Assembly (NCBI GenBank): GCA_977030845.1 | Contig: OZ365116.1 | Span: 16,244,001 to 16,308,000, forward strand | Direction: 5' to 3' | DNA length: 64,000 nucleotides | Origin: Fimbriosthenelais zetlandica | Lineage: Eukaryota | Shown here: piece by piece, positions 37,795 to 51,602 of the stretch | Layout: the number at the start of each line of letters is the position of its first letter | How positions within the stretch are numbered: position 1 is the stretch's first letter | Translations under genes and position numbers: made by a program | Notes under the pieces: generated by a model | Databases searched by the model: none | Seen by the model: only the letters and a program-made list of their open reading frames with translations | What the model was told of the DNA's origin: nothing

Positions 37795-40700
37795 TTGTGA
37801 ATGAGTGGTGATGAATACAGGAGGTTGGATTAACCCCTAATCCATCTTAATCCTGCCTAAATCCAATCAAATCTCCTCCCTTAAAAACCACCATTCCCCG
37901 ACCCTGGACAGTGCACTCCAGTCTGGATTTAATGTGAAAACTAATCAGAAAATTGTGATTTAGATCGGATGTCAGGTGGTTTGCTGAAATGATTTGGACT
38001 GGTCTCGAGTTTAAAGATCAGTCTTGTATGCAGAGCCAATATTTGGTGGGAGTTACAATCATGCCAATTTACTTGTTCAGGGTTTTAGGGAACCAAATGC
38101 TGCATATCGTGGAAGTGGCTTTTCGCGGGGCCACTCAGGTTTTAATTTTACAGAGCCATGTTTTTATGTGAGGTACGCTAAAAGACAGAGCCATGATCCT
38201 CTGCTGGGGGCAGTTTTCATGTGGATGCCTTCAGTGCAACTGATCTCTTCAATCGTTATTTCAGAACATCCATACAACCCTGACAGGCCAGGCAGTATAC
38301 CATGGTGCCTGATATACACAGATGAGAATTGTGCAACTAAACATTATCACAGGCTCATAATCTTTGTAAAAGAGAATTTTATTTTGAGTTTATGGCTGTC
38401 GCTTGCTCATGTCTAGCGGTGTAGAACGATACAAGCAACAAAAATCACCCTCATCATGTGATAGCAGCATGTCATGTGATACACTGATGGCGGGTTTGCG
38501 TGGCATGCTGACTCCTGATTGGTTGGTTAAGGTCATGTGACAGGAATGAGAGTAGGATAGGTCTTCCGTCAGACCTCAGACTAAAAGTAACGTCATTTAT
38601 ATTTGGGTTCGTATGCATGACTATTCTCTTAAAATATTGAACCACAATATTCCATACACTGTGGAAGACAAGTGCTCAGAATCCTGAATGCATCCATATG
38701 ATCAGAGCAAACACTTCAGCTTATTGAGCTTATTGCTAACACTTATAGGAAAAAAGTATAGAGGCAGGAAAGGCTGTTTTAGCCTCTATTATACAGCTCC
38801 CTCCCCCTGTCATACGACCACTACTGGTACAAGTCCTCTACCCTAAAAACACACACGGCTTGAGCGATGGAGTGTCTACCTCCTTTTTCGTTTTTCTCAT
38901 TTACTTTTATTTATTTGGAGCTGTCAGGGTTTGCCGACATCTCCTTAGACTGAATTCATCACCTAATGGCATCAATTGATCCCCGTCTGGCGCAGGTTTT
39001 ACTAATAAATATATCCACCCTATACTTCACTCCTGCCTCTAATCGAGAAAATGGACTTCTACTTGAATGCCATCCCTTATACATAATCACTTTATTTTAC
39101 AGTCACTAAGAAAGACTCTAAATGGATATTAAGATAATATTGTAGACAATAATTATGTCTGCCTTCCTTTTTAGATAACTTTAAAAGTTTGGAGTCTTAA
39201 AATCTTGTCCATGCCCCTCAGCATAGTGAATGGGTGACTTGCTTGCCTGTACTATAACGTATTGTAATAGTAGCACTGAAGCAAATGATTGACAACAAAG
39301 TAGGAGATGAGTGGGGGGGATTGAAGCATTTGATACCAACACCAAGCTGCCTGAACCACAGTATTACATTACAAAATCAATAATTTATTCCACAATAACC
39401 AATACATATTTGCCTTTTGTGCAAATGTTTTTATTGCAAGTGTTGGGACCGAGGATAATTTTACAATTATTTTCATCCTGACACTCAAAAATCTGGCACG
39501 ATAACTCAATGATCTAATGCGTCACTCTCCAACCCACCCTCCTGCCGTATATAAATTGAATAAAGGAAATTATCGATGACGACAACCTTACGTGGAAATA
39601 GATCTATCAACTATTTTGGTAAAGATTTCCTTTCTCGCGGGATACAGATAATTATTTGAACTAGGGACTACGGGAACAACCATATCGGTTATTCACAAGT
39701 TATAATTCAACATGGTCTGATTTTAAATCCACCCCCGTCGCTATATACTATACCTCAAGAGAGCCGGCATGGTTTGTTTTCCATTAATTGAGAAATAATT
39801 TGTTTTAGGCAGCCATAGCTGATTACCGTGGAATTCTAGATGAGATTTACATACAGGCCCTGCGGTGTCTTTATTATGTTACAGGACCGATGAAGGATGG
39901 AGCGACCAAATTAAACACTAATGAGATACTTTATACACAAAGCACTGTGCTCAATGCATATTGACGCGTCTCAAATTGTATATTATTAAATCACGAACTC
40001 CTCTCTTATTAGATATTATTAGTGGTATACATTCCAATGAAATGGATACAGCCTGTGTCTGCCCTCTTCCCCCACACCTCAACCTTTGTAATACCCTTCT
40101 ACCAGAAGTAGACAGGTGACTTCCCCCCAGCTTACACCAGCTCTGTTCTACAATCCATCAGACACGATCAGAGTCCCCTATTCCACTTGAGAGGAACCTC
40201 ACCAATTCCTTCCCCCATGCAAAGTATACTTGCTCCATTGACTATTCCCTGCATATACACAGGAGAACATTTCTCTACAGTTACTGACATAAAGGTCGTC
40301 AGTTGGAATCCCACCATTTCCAAGTAGATTCACTGGTCCTCCACTTCTGTATGTAAGACCACTTTTTCATAAAAAAAATCCTGTCGCGGCAGTCTTGGGC
40401 CCTATACCTTTAACGCCCGCAGCGCTGCCCTTGCCCAGGTCAATGATTAGTCAATGGGCGTCCGTACAAACGGCAGAAGCGTTTTCCCTTTAGCCTTTGA
40501 GAATATAGGAATCTCAGAAGCCCAGTATTTCAAGCCGGGAGTATCATGAGTAGAAGTGATCTAGTGGTGGAAATCAGAGGAAGGGGGTGAAGAGAAGAGG
40601 AGTGGAGTGCTTTAAGGGCACACGGCGCACCCCACACTGGAGGGGATCGTCCCACAGACTCAGGCGATCTCAGCCAAAGCAATGATAGTCAGGGTCATAG

Positions 40701-41952
40701 GTCAAACAGAGAGATGGGTGCAGGGATAGGGGATGAAGAGTGGGGCGGGATGGTGCAGGGTGGGGTGGGATGGGGGAGAAAGAGGGAGTATGGAGATGGG
40801 TGGGGGGAATCAATATACCTCATAATAACAGGGTATATGTATAGACATGTCTGAACGGGGAAATGGTGGTGTCATCCTCTATGGCTATATCAAGGCTATA
40901 AACGGCTTTCTGCAATGGAATCTGGTTTTTATGTGATTTTGATAGTTGCCTTTTTCCTACAGACCCAGAGTCATATTCTGGAAGCATGGTATTATTGTAT
41001 AGTAGGTCTATATGATGGAGCCGTATATTATTTGTATTTATATGTAAGTCATACTGTGTTAGTCTATAATGTGTCACGGAGGTCTATAGTGTTTTATCCA
41101 TTAGTAGGCACGTCTCAGCACCCATCTCTGTGTTACCAGTAGAAGTAGCAGGAGCAGGCAATCCAGGCCAATTTGTGCTCAATGTATCTGACCAAGCTCC
41201 AGAGACCTCGGCAGGAGGGAGAAGGAAGACGAGAGGGAAGAAGATAGAGGAGAACGGGAAGGAGGAAAAATATAGGGCTCATTGCGAACAATGGAAGAGG
41301 GTCCAGCTGTAAATTAGGTTAAACCCCAAAAACTATTTCCTATCTCAGGCTACTGTATAGATTTAAATCCTGATAGCAGAACAAAGATATGAGGGAGACT
41401 TAGGGATGGATAGAAGGACGGGAGGATACAAACCATCAGGTTTATAATGGGGGTTCAAACCTTGAGATTTATAAATAAATGGGGCAAGTATTGATATAAT
41501 GAGGCTGGGGTTGATCTGTTACCGTGGGAGTTGGTATAGATTAATGTTAGATGAGGGAATAATGCACCAAGTTAATGGCAGGTAAACTAAGCCCAGTCTC
41601 TGGTCGCCACGGAACATGAATATTTCAGCCTTCGGGAGCCCATCCTGGTTTGTGTTTCGCCCTCAATGGTCATCCTGCTTCTAAGGCAATGGATCCACCG
41701 AGGTCCTCACGGTATAAAACAACCCTAATGACATCCTAAAGACATTCACAAGATGTTTGAATGCTAGATGAATTGAAGAGAGAGAAAATGATGCTGCATG
41801 ATCTCTTTTCCTAAAAAAAATACCTGCTTTGAGGATTTTGAGGCCCTAAAGATCCCAGTAGTACCAGGATCTAGCTGTACTGGTGTATGGGCCAGGGGAC
41901 CCGTCTATATGCCCACCAAAACAAGATCAGAAGGAAACAATGAGGGCTCTTG

Positions 41953-41966
41953 CCACCAGGGGGCTG
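41953..41966 (+). promoter_or_regulatory. CTCF-like motif
   Basis: CCACCAGGGGGCTG matches the CCASYAGRKGGC core. Confidence 0.4.
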
Positions 41967-42699
41967 TGTAGGAACCGATGAAAGTGGTACGCCGACCGTA
42001 AAATGTATATGCGAGGTAACGACTGTACAAGGCAACCGTAAAAACAAGATGGCAGATTGGTGGCTCTCATAGGAGGGCTACAAATATCCAAGGTCAGAAA
42101 TAATGTCTGAATAGTCCGTTAGTTTAGCCTAGTTTGAAATTAAATCGATTCCATCCAAGTAGTGTACATATTTATTCCAACTGAAGGAGAAGCGACGAGG
42201 GATACAGGCCTATATTTTATAAGATTTTTTTGTAAGGCTTTATACGCATGGGCCTTGATGTGTCAAGCTCAATCAGTTGCATCAAATCAAAATGCAAATG
42301 CCAACTGCACCCAAGATTCTTTCAGACTTAAATTATTGAGACAAGTATAGGAAAGTAGGAATATTTATCAGCCAATAGGAAGAAATGATGGGCATTTTAT
42401 GGCTTAAAAGCGAGTGTTCTTATTCTCGAGAGACCATCTTCTTGGTGATGCATACAGTGCTCCGCTAGACCGATCTAAGCTCCTTCATTGTTTTTTATAT
42501 CAGACATTCACAGAGCCAATACAATATGACAATTCCCCCTAATATCTTACGTCCAGAATATTCCTTGGGAATCAATTATACCCTACCGTTCCTCAGCTAC
42601 TTAAGCTCCAGGTCCACCAATGCCACAAAAGCCTACAGCAATCTCAAAGTCAAGCTGAAAAGCAGCTTTGTTAAAGAAGCGGCACAATGGTGCTGATAT

Positions 42700-43690
42700 A
42701 CCATTCTACCACCAAGGCTTCATCACTGATGTAGAGGAGAACCTCGTCTTAAAGCATCATTAGGACAACTTTAGAATCATGTGAAACATCTTAGGCGTTT
42801 TATATAGCCTCATATAGTCTTTACAGCTACCTCACACAACCTTTCATTGTGCCCCCATGGAGGACCTTCTGCTTACCGGGTCTTCTATACCGCCATAAAC
42901 ACAGACATATAAAGATGGCCTTTTCATGTCTACCACAGATTTACCATCGTCACCCAATAACCCATCAACCCGTCACATGTCTGTCTCACCACACGGTGGA
43001 TCAGGCCTCTAGACGGGCTCATTCCATATCATGGAAAACAGGCTGTCTGTTTTGAAGGTGATGCCACACAAGAATAATCAGAAAGGGTATATGTCATGTG
43101 CATGACTGAAAATAATGACAGGAGGGATTCACCCTTCCCCACCAACAGACTCCCACCGGAATTAAAGACAAGAATCAGGCTGGTAGTTTGTGACATGGTC
43201 ATCATTTTTGCTTTATATTGCATGTCATGTAGCAGGCAGATAAGCTTGAACCACGAAGGACAAGAAAGCCCAGTGAGGTCCTAAGTGTGCAAGTTAGAAA
43301 TTAGTGCTTAAATTGCATCTAAAACTGACAACTGTACTTGTAACGTCTTTAGGGTTGGCTTTAAGACCTCGGAAAATAGACTCCCAAGACTATACTTATA
43401 GTGGGTAGAAACTAATAATGTGCAATGTTTTCCATACAGGAACTGGGCGTCCTGAGGGACTAAAGACATACTTAAACTTGGATCGTTTCTATGGAGCGTA
43501 CCAAGTGACCTGCAGTACACAAGACAGTACCGTCTGCCGGCTGAGCATTTGCTGGCTAATCAGGATCTCGTCACCCTCAATACTGGCACGAGTTTGTGTT
43601 GTGGACATATCTACAGTCTGCAAGATTGAGATCCTAATAGGTTTACACAAGTTCCAAGAGGTTCGAATTGGGTTCAAGAGAGTAAGTACT
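42700..43690 (-). mobile_element. Highly decayed non-LTR (L2/CR1-group) retrotransposon, RT end and C-terminal region
   Basis: Ordered weak motif remnants: ISILQTVDM (cf. ISILLYADDM), FLYGKHCTLLVSTHYKYSLGSLFSEVL (cf. F.LG...L..V..YKYLG.IF.E.L), RRSSMGAQ (cf. RS.LAQLR) and DEVLLY (cf. EDE.HFLL.C). Many stops and frameshifts. Confidence 0.4.
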
Positions 43691-43790
43691 CATTGATGTG
43701 ATTTTAAATAAATAATTTTTTTAATAGAGGCACTGGAAAAGAGCAGTAGACAACACTTCAGAATAAATTGCTTTCATGTAATATTCATGT

Positions 43791-43876
43791 AGACGAGTCT
43801 GATACCCCAATACATTCTCTATAGCAAACGAGTCAGATACCCCAATACATTCTCTATAGTAGACGAATCTGATACT
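43791..43876. repeat. 35-bp tandem repeat, about 2.5 copies
   Basis: AGACGAGTCTGATACCCCAATACATTCTCTATAGC at 43791, near-identical copy at 43826, partial copy at 43861. Confidence 0.9.
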
Positions 43877-44015
43877 TTCTTTCTTCCAATAGTAATGTTC
43901 TTGTACTAAGGTTTCTCGTTGCCTATAGAGACTACTCATGCAATTTTAGCATTCATGGTTTCGTCAAGGGAAGGAGGTAAGGGGCTCTCATAGTTCGGTA
44001 TATTTCCGAGCCACC

Positions 44016-44184
44016 GACGTCACTCAATATAATTTAATGACTATACCACTTCCGCCCTACTCACTGACCACCAGATGGCAGCATCCAGCCTCGTTCTGAA
44101 GACGAGGCAGGGCTTCACGTGACTCTCTAGAAGCATATTGATTGGTAGAGCCGGAGAAGGACACCGATGGGGGCAGCCATCTTG
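44016..44184. promoter_or_regulatory. Promoter/enhancer-like motif cluster including a CTCF-like site
   Basis: CRE-like GACGTCA (44016), ETS ACTTCCG (44048), CTCF-like CCACCAGATGGCAGCA (44068-44083), E-box TCACGTGAC (44115), GATTGG (44140) and YY1-like GCAGCCATCTTG (44173) within 170 bp. Confidence 0.5.
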
Positions 44185-47100
44185 GATGGGTCATGACAAG
44201 AATAGGGGCTGAGCCGGTAGTCGGTAATGTTGCACCCTATTTAACCCCTTCCTGTCCAATAAATCTGTTTAACCCTTTGTGTCCTAAAAGCATGGGAACA
44301 TGACCCTACTGTATTCAAGCATAACATCATAAGTCTTTCCTGTATAACGATATGAAGCATCCCCGTCCAATTCATAAGTACATATAACCCTATAACATAA
44401 CTTACCATCATGCATCTTTCTATTTATTAACCCTCAAATCTCCAGAACTCTGATAACTTTATGGTCCCACGTCATCAAAACATGGGCATCTTTCAATACA
44501 TCATTATTCTAATTTTACTTAAGAAGGGGAAATGGGTGGAATATTACAGATTTTATTTTGCTAACCTCTTCAAACCCCAAAAATCTGGCGATTCAGGTTT
44601 AGATGGTGGACACAGATTATTCAAGATGAATGTCCCAAGTATTCACAAGTAACATACATCAGATATGTCTGCCTTCTATAAACCAGTATAACATAGTGAG
44701 GTAAACTTTTTCCTACATCGTAATTACTTTAAGTTCTGATCCCTATTTGACCTTATTCCGCAACACGAAGCATACAAAGGAAGGTCTTTTCAGGGTCAAA
44801 TAAACATGTCACTGCTCCTCATCTTCCCCGCTCCCAGAACCATGTATGTTAGAACATGATGTTGAGTAAATATTTGGAATACGACAGCTAAAGACCAAAT
44901 TTCATGTTAATTTTGGCCCTTGACCATCCAAATGGCCAAAATCCACTGCAGCATGTAATAGGATTGTCAATGCCACGGAAACTAGGATTTCACTACTTTA
45001 GATTCACTTGCTGTTGGCAAAGACATGCACTAATGAAAATTCCCAAGCCTTTCATTGCCTGAAGGGAGCCAGCCAAACATGCAGTCTTCAAGGACCAACC
45101 AAGTCGGAAATAGAGGCCCCCAGGTTTTAATTAGAGCCCAGAACAAGGAATGCTGGGTTGGAAGACTTCCAGATCTACTCATTATGTTTATCAATAGATA
45201 TGCATCCCAATTGGGCGGAAAAATAACTATAGGGAGTCCTGCTTAGAACACCAGCCCATTCAGGAATTCGCCAGAAACTGCAGGTTTAGTCTTTCTGGGT
45301 CTGTATCCTTAAAATGGCAGTTCTTTTCACAGCATCCAATCTTAGTTGATTAACTGTATATTCCCGTATTACAAAAACCAAAATAAGCAACACCGAGAAG
45401 GGGATCATGGCTTCGGCTGCGAGGTTTCGTTTACCTGAGGCACCAAATTTAACTGGAGAACAGCTCAACTTAGCCAACCTCCAACGAGCCCTAGCTACCT
45501 CATATTGCTTCCTGTCCTCCACCACGCACAATAGTGACATAGCACAGGTCTGGACACTTTCTATTGGTCTCCAATCTCATGTGGTGGTACAGAATGAATG
45601 CCAGACCAATATGCCTCAAGTCACAAGTAGGCCAACCCATGAAGTCTGGGCTAAACATGTCTTCTACCTCTTTGATACAATCATGATCATACAGCAAGTG
45701 CCTTTCACTTGCATAAGTTGTAATAGATAACAAATAATATACATTCAGCAGCTGAACCCCTCTATGTAGGCCTATGTAAAGGGCGACGTCCTCCTACAAA
45801 CCTTTGTATGCAATCTGACATCAGCAATGTGCTCAGAGTTGTACCACTGTAAATTTTCATTGACCCCGCTATAGGAGTGAAGGTTGGGTAAGATTGTGGT
45901 TGTTACGGCCCCCTGACACACAGCCTATGTGGGGAAGGAAAGTTCTTGCCTATATTATGAGAATGCAGTAGGTGTACATAAGCAGGGAACTCTTAGAAGG
46001 CGTTGGGAAGCGACAGCTGTGGTTCCAGCAGTTCATGCGCTGGTCTCAAGGGATGTGAGCTGCCAATTCTGTCAACACCCATACTGGCGTGAACACCGAG
46101 GAATGTGTTCTTCTATACAAAAACGTTAGTCTACTGTTTAATGGTCCAGTTACACTAAGCAGATTACACTTGGATGGTCAAGGGTTGCCACGTCAACTTG
46201 AGGGGATGTAAATATAACCCAACAGTCAATAACTCAAACACTAGCGCTATATAGAGTACATTCAGGGAATATGAATAGTCCTCTTTTCGAAGCCCATTTA
46301 TATTTGTAATTGTAAAACAACAAATTGAATGTTCTCAGTTGGTTAGTTTAGTTTTGTTAAACGTACTGGTAAGGTCATGAGGACTATGGCAAGGATGTGA
46401 GAAATCGGTAAATGATCTGATGGAAAATCAGCTGATTGGAACACGGGCCTTAACGATGAACATAAACAAGGGGCTCCCGGGTGAAAAGAAGGCATAAAAG
46501 AAAGATAGGGCGATGGGAGATGTTCTTTGTATATCAGATTGCAGTTGATTAATACAATAAATATATACAATCTGTAGTAGAAAGCGGGAAGAAGCAAGGG
46601 GGGGAGAAAAAAGAGGAGCTCGGGAATGGAAAAACGAATACACACAGATGATGGATTAAATAGAGGGACGGAGGGGAGGTCAGAGAAGAGGAAACATGAA
46701 AGGGATTGATAAACAGTAATGACAGAAAAGTACAAGGCCTGGACATAGATACATAAGCGAGGAAATTATTGAAGAGGGAGGGAGAGCTCGGAAAGGGCAA
46801 GAGGCGAGATAGAAAACTATGGCATGAATGGAAAAAATGAGATAAACCGTCTTCAATTAGTTGAAATACAAAACTTGTTTTTTTCGTGAAGTACAAGCAA
46901 TGAGTAATTGACTCCATTCGAAAGAAATATGGCTAATCATATGAAATACAATATGACCATTAGAAACAAATACATTAGGATCTGGGGACTTCATAATTAG
47001 AAATATCACTGTAGTCCCATGTTACCATGAGAGCTTATTGTCCTATGTGAATAGGGAACACTAAACGGATAGATTGGATTTTTGATGAGTTTACATGAAT

Positions 47101-49579
47101 ACAATTGTATAGATTCTATATCAAGATTGAAAGAGAGCTAGCTCGACCAACCTTAGATTTTAGGTATTCTATCATACAGATCAATAGATGATATTTTGTT
47201 AAGTATTCAATGAAAGCCTGGGACATACAACCCCAACTATAGAGCCATGGTATTCAGCCAGGTTAATTTCTTCTTTGCTTATTTCCAAGATGGCCGCCAT
47301 ATAATTGACTAAAGACCATAGAAAGTAAGGAGAAATACATATAAGAAACTAAGCGGGAGGAGGCAGCGGATACAACATGATCACGATTCAAAACCATTGC
47401 CATTCAGTCAGAAGGCTGATGCTCTCATTTGCAGAGCTAACCAAGTCCCTTAATAAGAAGTGAAGTATAACTGGATGTGAACCATAGAGGCTTTAGACAC
47501 ATCTATATAATTGTGTCCCCCTTGTCATTGCCCTTCCTGCTTACAGCACCTCGGCTTTATGCCTGATTGACCGACAAACGCCTACAGCAGCAAATTATCC
47601 CCGTGTCTGATAGGCAGCCATTGCTTCTTACGCTGCGCAACCGGCGTGAAAATCATTACGTCTGAATAGTGAAAAAACAAAGACGACAAAGGGAAGGGGT
47701 GCAATTGTAGGTAAAAAGGGCAGAAGAAAGGAGGGGCATAGCTTTCCCGGGAAATAATTAGGGCAACACAAAGAAAGGAAGGCCCGAAGGAGCAGCGAAT
47801 TATGGGGTAGGGTGTCGAACGGTTGTCATTTCTGTCGCATGATACAAGGCAATGATGGCCAGCTTTTGTGCAATCTTTCTTGTAAGATTTGTTTTTTAAT
47901 GATCTATTTACAGCTAAAGGGCTTATATAGTGAGTACGGCTGCCTCACATTGCCAAGATTCACATTGTCAGCTAGGAATTCAGGCCCACTCTTTTGTCCT
48001 CCATAAGGCTTCAACCTGAAAGTCTCATTTGACCATTTTGTCTTCTCTTTATGATTGGGACCTATAAGTTTCTGACGTGCATTTTGTCAGCTTGTGGCGT
48101 TAAGATCTTTAGAGCCAGCATCTTTGTTGGTAGTAGAATGGGGGCAGGTGGCAGCAGCACGGCTCCTGGGATCACAATTAAGTTTGTTCCCGGCGGCCAG
48201 TGTGTGGGTCTCCCCACACTCCACCAAGTATTCCACCTAACCTCATCTACATCCAACTCTAGGGAAATTCTCCCAGAATTAGCCCCCAAAAAAGCACTGT
48301 TGATGAATGCTGGAGTAGAGGGAATAGCTCAGCTGTCAGCCAGCTAATGGCTAATACGCTTATCCTCGGGTATCCAAAGGCAGTCGACATAAAACGCAAG
48401 TCGTGCTAGCTAAAAACTGAAGAAGACTTAACTCCAAAAAGTTGCCATCCGAAATGATCGGTAAATGACAAAAAGTGTGAGGAAAATTAACCATATTCTG
48501 AGACTAATTTTCCCAGGCAATGTGTTCTCTTCATAAAAGATTACAGACATGATATGAAGGTCATTCCCATGGCATCCACCTCTTCCTACCACTACTTGCA
48601 ACCCCTGGCCCCGCCCCACCCTGCCAGTTGGTGTCTTTTGCTGTCTGGTATCCAATCTGCCAACCCATGCCTTCCATCAGGGCTTAATGAATGACTTGTA
48701 CCTACTGGGAGCTGCCCCGCATCCTCCAGCCTCCCCCCGTCCTTCCTCCAGCCTCCAGTCCTCCTCATGCCTTTGTTCTGCCTGCCGATTCTATAGGGAA
48801 CTCCTCTCTTTCTCTCTGGGCAGGTCCAGGAGGAGCTGTTTGAGGACATAAATAACCCTCTTCAGGGACTGGACTCAATGGCCTGCCCTCATCCTCTGCT
48901 GCTGTGTGCCCAGCCAGATGTAAAAGTGGCGGTTTTACACATTTATAAGACACCAGTGTGTGCCGTACTCAGTGTATCAACAGTCATATGACTTGTGTCT
49001 ATATGTTCAAACACAATACACGGCATGGGTGTGAATAAATACCAAAGCTCTATCTAAGCTTCTCATGCAGGTTCAGCGAATGAAATCATCTTGGAAGCGT
49101 GCCACAGGCATGGAACCGGATTTCTCAATTCCCGATCAGGACTAGTTCTGTCAGTTCAACTATTTCAATATGATTATGCTACTATGTACTAATATTATTT
49201 GATACTATATTCTACTTATAAGGTTTGAAGACCGGGGGCCATGAAATTCCCTCTTCCAATCCATCATCATCTAGTGCGCTTCAAGTGCAGCACAGGTGGA
49301 AGTTTTTCTCATCCTATTTTTTTCAAAGTTTCTCGTTTGACTGAGCTCAGCCACTTGTCCAGGGAACTTGCCCATTTGCACAGGAAATACTCCTGCCAGG
49401 GCTAGCTCCATTACATTGCAAATCACAATGTCGTAACGTTTATATTTTTTGTTAAATTCCTTCACTCAGTTTCAGTACTTTCCTTTTATGGAATACCTTC
49501 ACTCCAGAGGCAACCACGGCTACAAAGCAATGAATTTACATACATAAATGTTAAAGATATAACTCCTCTTCTTTTGCAG

Positions 49580-49911
49580 TGACGGCCATACAATGGATAG
49601 CTACTTTCGTGGATCATGCCCCAAGGACGAGACCGATTTTAATAATTGTTGCTGATAGCAGTCGAGCCTTTGAGAAGGAATTTGAAGTAAAAGTTGAAGA
49701 CATAAAAGGCAATCAAAGAGATTCAAACCTCGAGGGATTTCCACACGGTCCAAAATCACACGCTCAGAAAGTAGAACGGATGAATTTAGCTGATGCTGAA
49801 CTAAACCGATTGGACGGCGAATTGCAATGGGAAGGGTTGCCAACTGTATACGTTGGGGATTTTACCACCAATACTTTCCCTGAACCAAAGCAATTGGATG
49901 AATTGCCATGA
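49580..49911 (+). CDS. Candidate terminal coding exon or decayed coding relic, function unknown
   Basis: 110-codon ORF starting right after a good acceptor (CTCCTCTTCTTTTGCAG|, AG at 49578-49579), with globular-protein-like composition. LPTVYVGDF loosely resembles the 'P-x-I-x-x-GDFN' strand of exonuclease-endonuclease-phosphatase proteins. No partner exons identified. Confidence 0.3.
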
Positions 49912-51427
49912 ACAGGGCTGTTCACTGTACATTAAGAATGTTCCCAACATTGCTCACATAACAGTTTACGAACATGGCGACATTTGTCAGCAGTGATGGT
50001 ATGTCTACGTTAACTTGTTATAGGGACTGTTAGAGCTGCCGCATTGGTACTAACTCCTGTTAGAAGTTCATGATGAGATTAAAAGGAGAGGAAGGGATGT
50101 TTGTAATGGAGTTGTATTGGCTTAACTCAAGCTTATCTCAGACTAATATCTCCATGATAGCTAGCTGCTCTACAGGGATGAATTCCCACCAGGATCTAAA
50201 TGTGATCCAAAGAGAGAGGAAGTGAACATCATACGTACATGTAAATGTATATCCTCTCATCAGCTGCAACTGCCTGCATGGGCCATATATGTCATTATAT
50301 AATATTATGTACGTGACGAGGCAGAATGCTTCATGCTGGTAATTCATCCCCTTAGCCTGAGTTTGAACAATTATGGCAAAGTTTGGGACTACCCAAAGAT
50401 TATCATTGGTAGCAGTAAAGTTATAACTGGTAGGAAAGTTTCCATCTTCGTGAATAGAATCTTATTGTGCAGTAAATATGAATCAATAATGAATGGGCGA
50501 CCTAGATAAGGAGTTTAAGTAGCAGCAGGTCTCGCCGAGTGAGGCGTGTAATGGGTGAGATAAGAGAATGACAGGAGAACAAGGAAGTACGAGGCAAAAC
50601 AGCCAATAAAGACACATACGGCTGTCCGGAACAACAGTTCTGGACAACTGGACATAACGAGGATGGAGTATATTAAAACCTAGATCCATTACACGCCCTG
50701 GACGTGGTAATGAAAATAAAGAAAACAGTCTCATATGCCTTTTTTTGGTGGTATGTAAGGTATATTTAGGCCTTTATAGCAGAGGAGACTTCGAAAACAA
50801 ATTTTCAAGGAGGACTCGGGAATGGTATATACTAAATCTTAAAGTGTCCAAGGATGTGGAAAAGAACGAATGAGAAGGTGTCATGGTTTATTCCTATTCT
50901 CATTCTTCTCCGTTTAGAAGGCTTGAGCTTCCAACTATATGTGACACTTTATCCCAGAGGAGTTAAGATTAAAGAGAAGACTAAACATTGATGAGAATGC
51001 CATCAGTCATTTTCACCTGGGGAAAGTTATCTTTGTTGAAGGCTTTTTCTAATTTTACACATCTTTACTTTCGGCCATATTCCGTTTAGATACTCAAGAA
51101 TTGTTTACTGCGCTGCGATACTGATACAAGATAAAAAGGCAAATATTTGAATTGTTTTTGTGCATGACATTGCAAGGTTACTTGTCTCCGCAATTTCTAA
51201 AACTTCAGAATGAATTGGTGAGCCATGTTACATGGAGGCTTAACTTAAAAGGAGAAAGAAAGTGATGGCCAGGGTAAGAACATCTCCTGGACACATTGTC
51301 GATATGATTAGTTCTTTTGGTTCTGCTGTTATAGCCCTTGTTTTGACGAGTGTCAGTTCTGGCCAGGACTCTCATCAGAGACTGCAGGTATAGATTTCTT
51401 GCCACTAATGACAATGTACCCATTAGA

Positions 51428-51428
<1 letters not shown>

Positions 51429-51510
<82 letters not shown>
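51429..51510. repeat. (TA)n microsatellite, about 41 units
   Basis: Uninterrupted TA run. Confidence 0.98.
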
Positions 51511-51512
<2 letters not shown>

Positions 51513-51602
51513 ACAAGTATATTGACGGAAATTGCTGCCGTGTTCCAGCCTGACTAACATACTGTACATACCTCTATTCCCGTTGTATTTCGTGATAAGT
51601 CG

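Noticed and set aside
38024-38416. 130-aa plus-strand ORF
   Set aside because: No motif and no supporting splice signals recognised.
45407-45730. 107-aa ORF MASAARFRLPEAP... with a decent start context
   Set aside because: No recognisable homology and no good donor; this length is expected by chance.
51205-51553. YI-repeat ORFs
   Set aside because: Artefacts of the (TA)n microsatellite.
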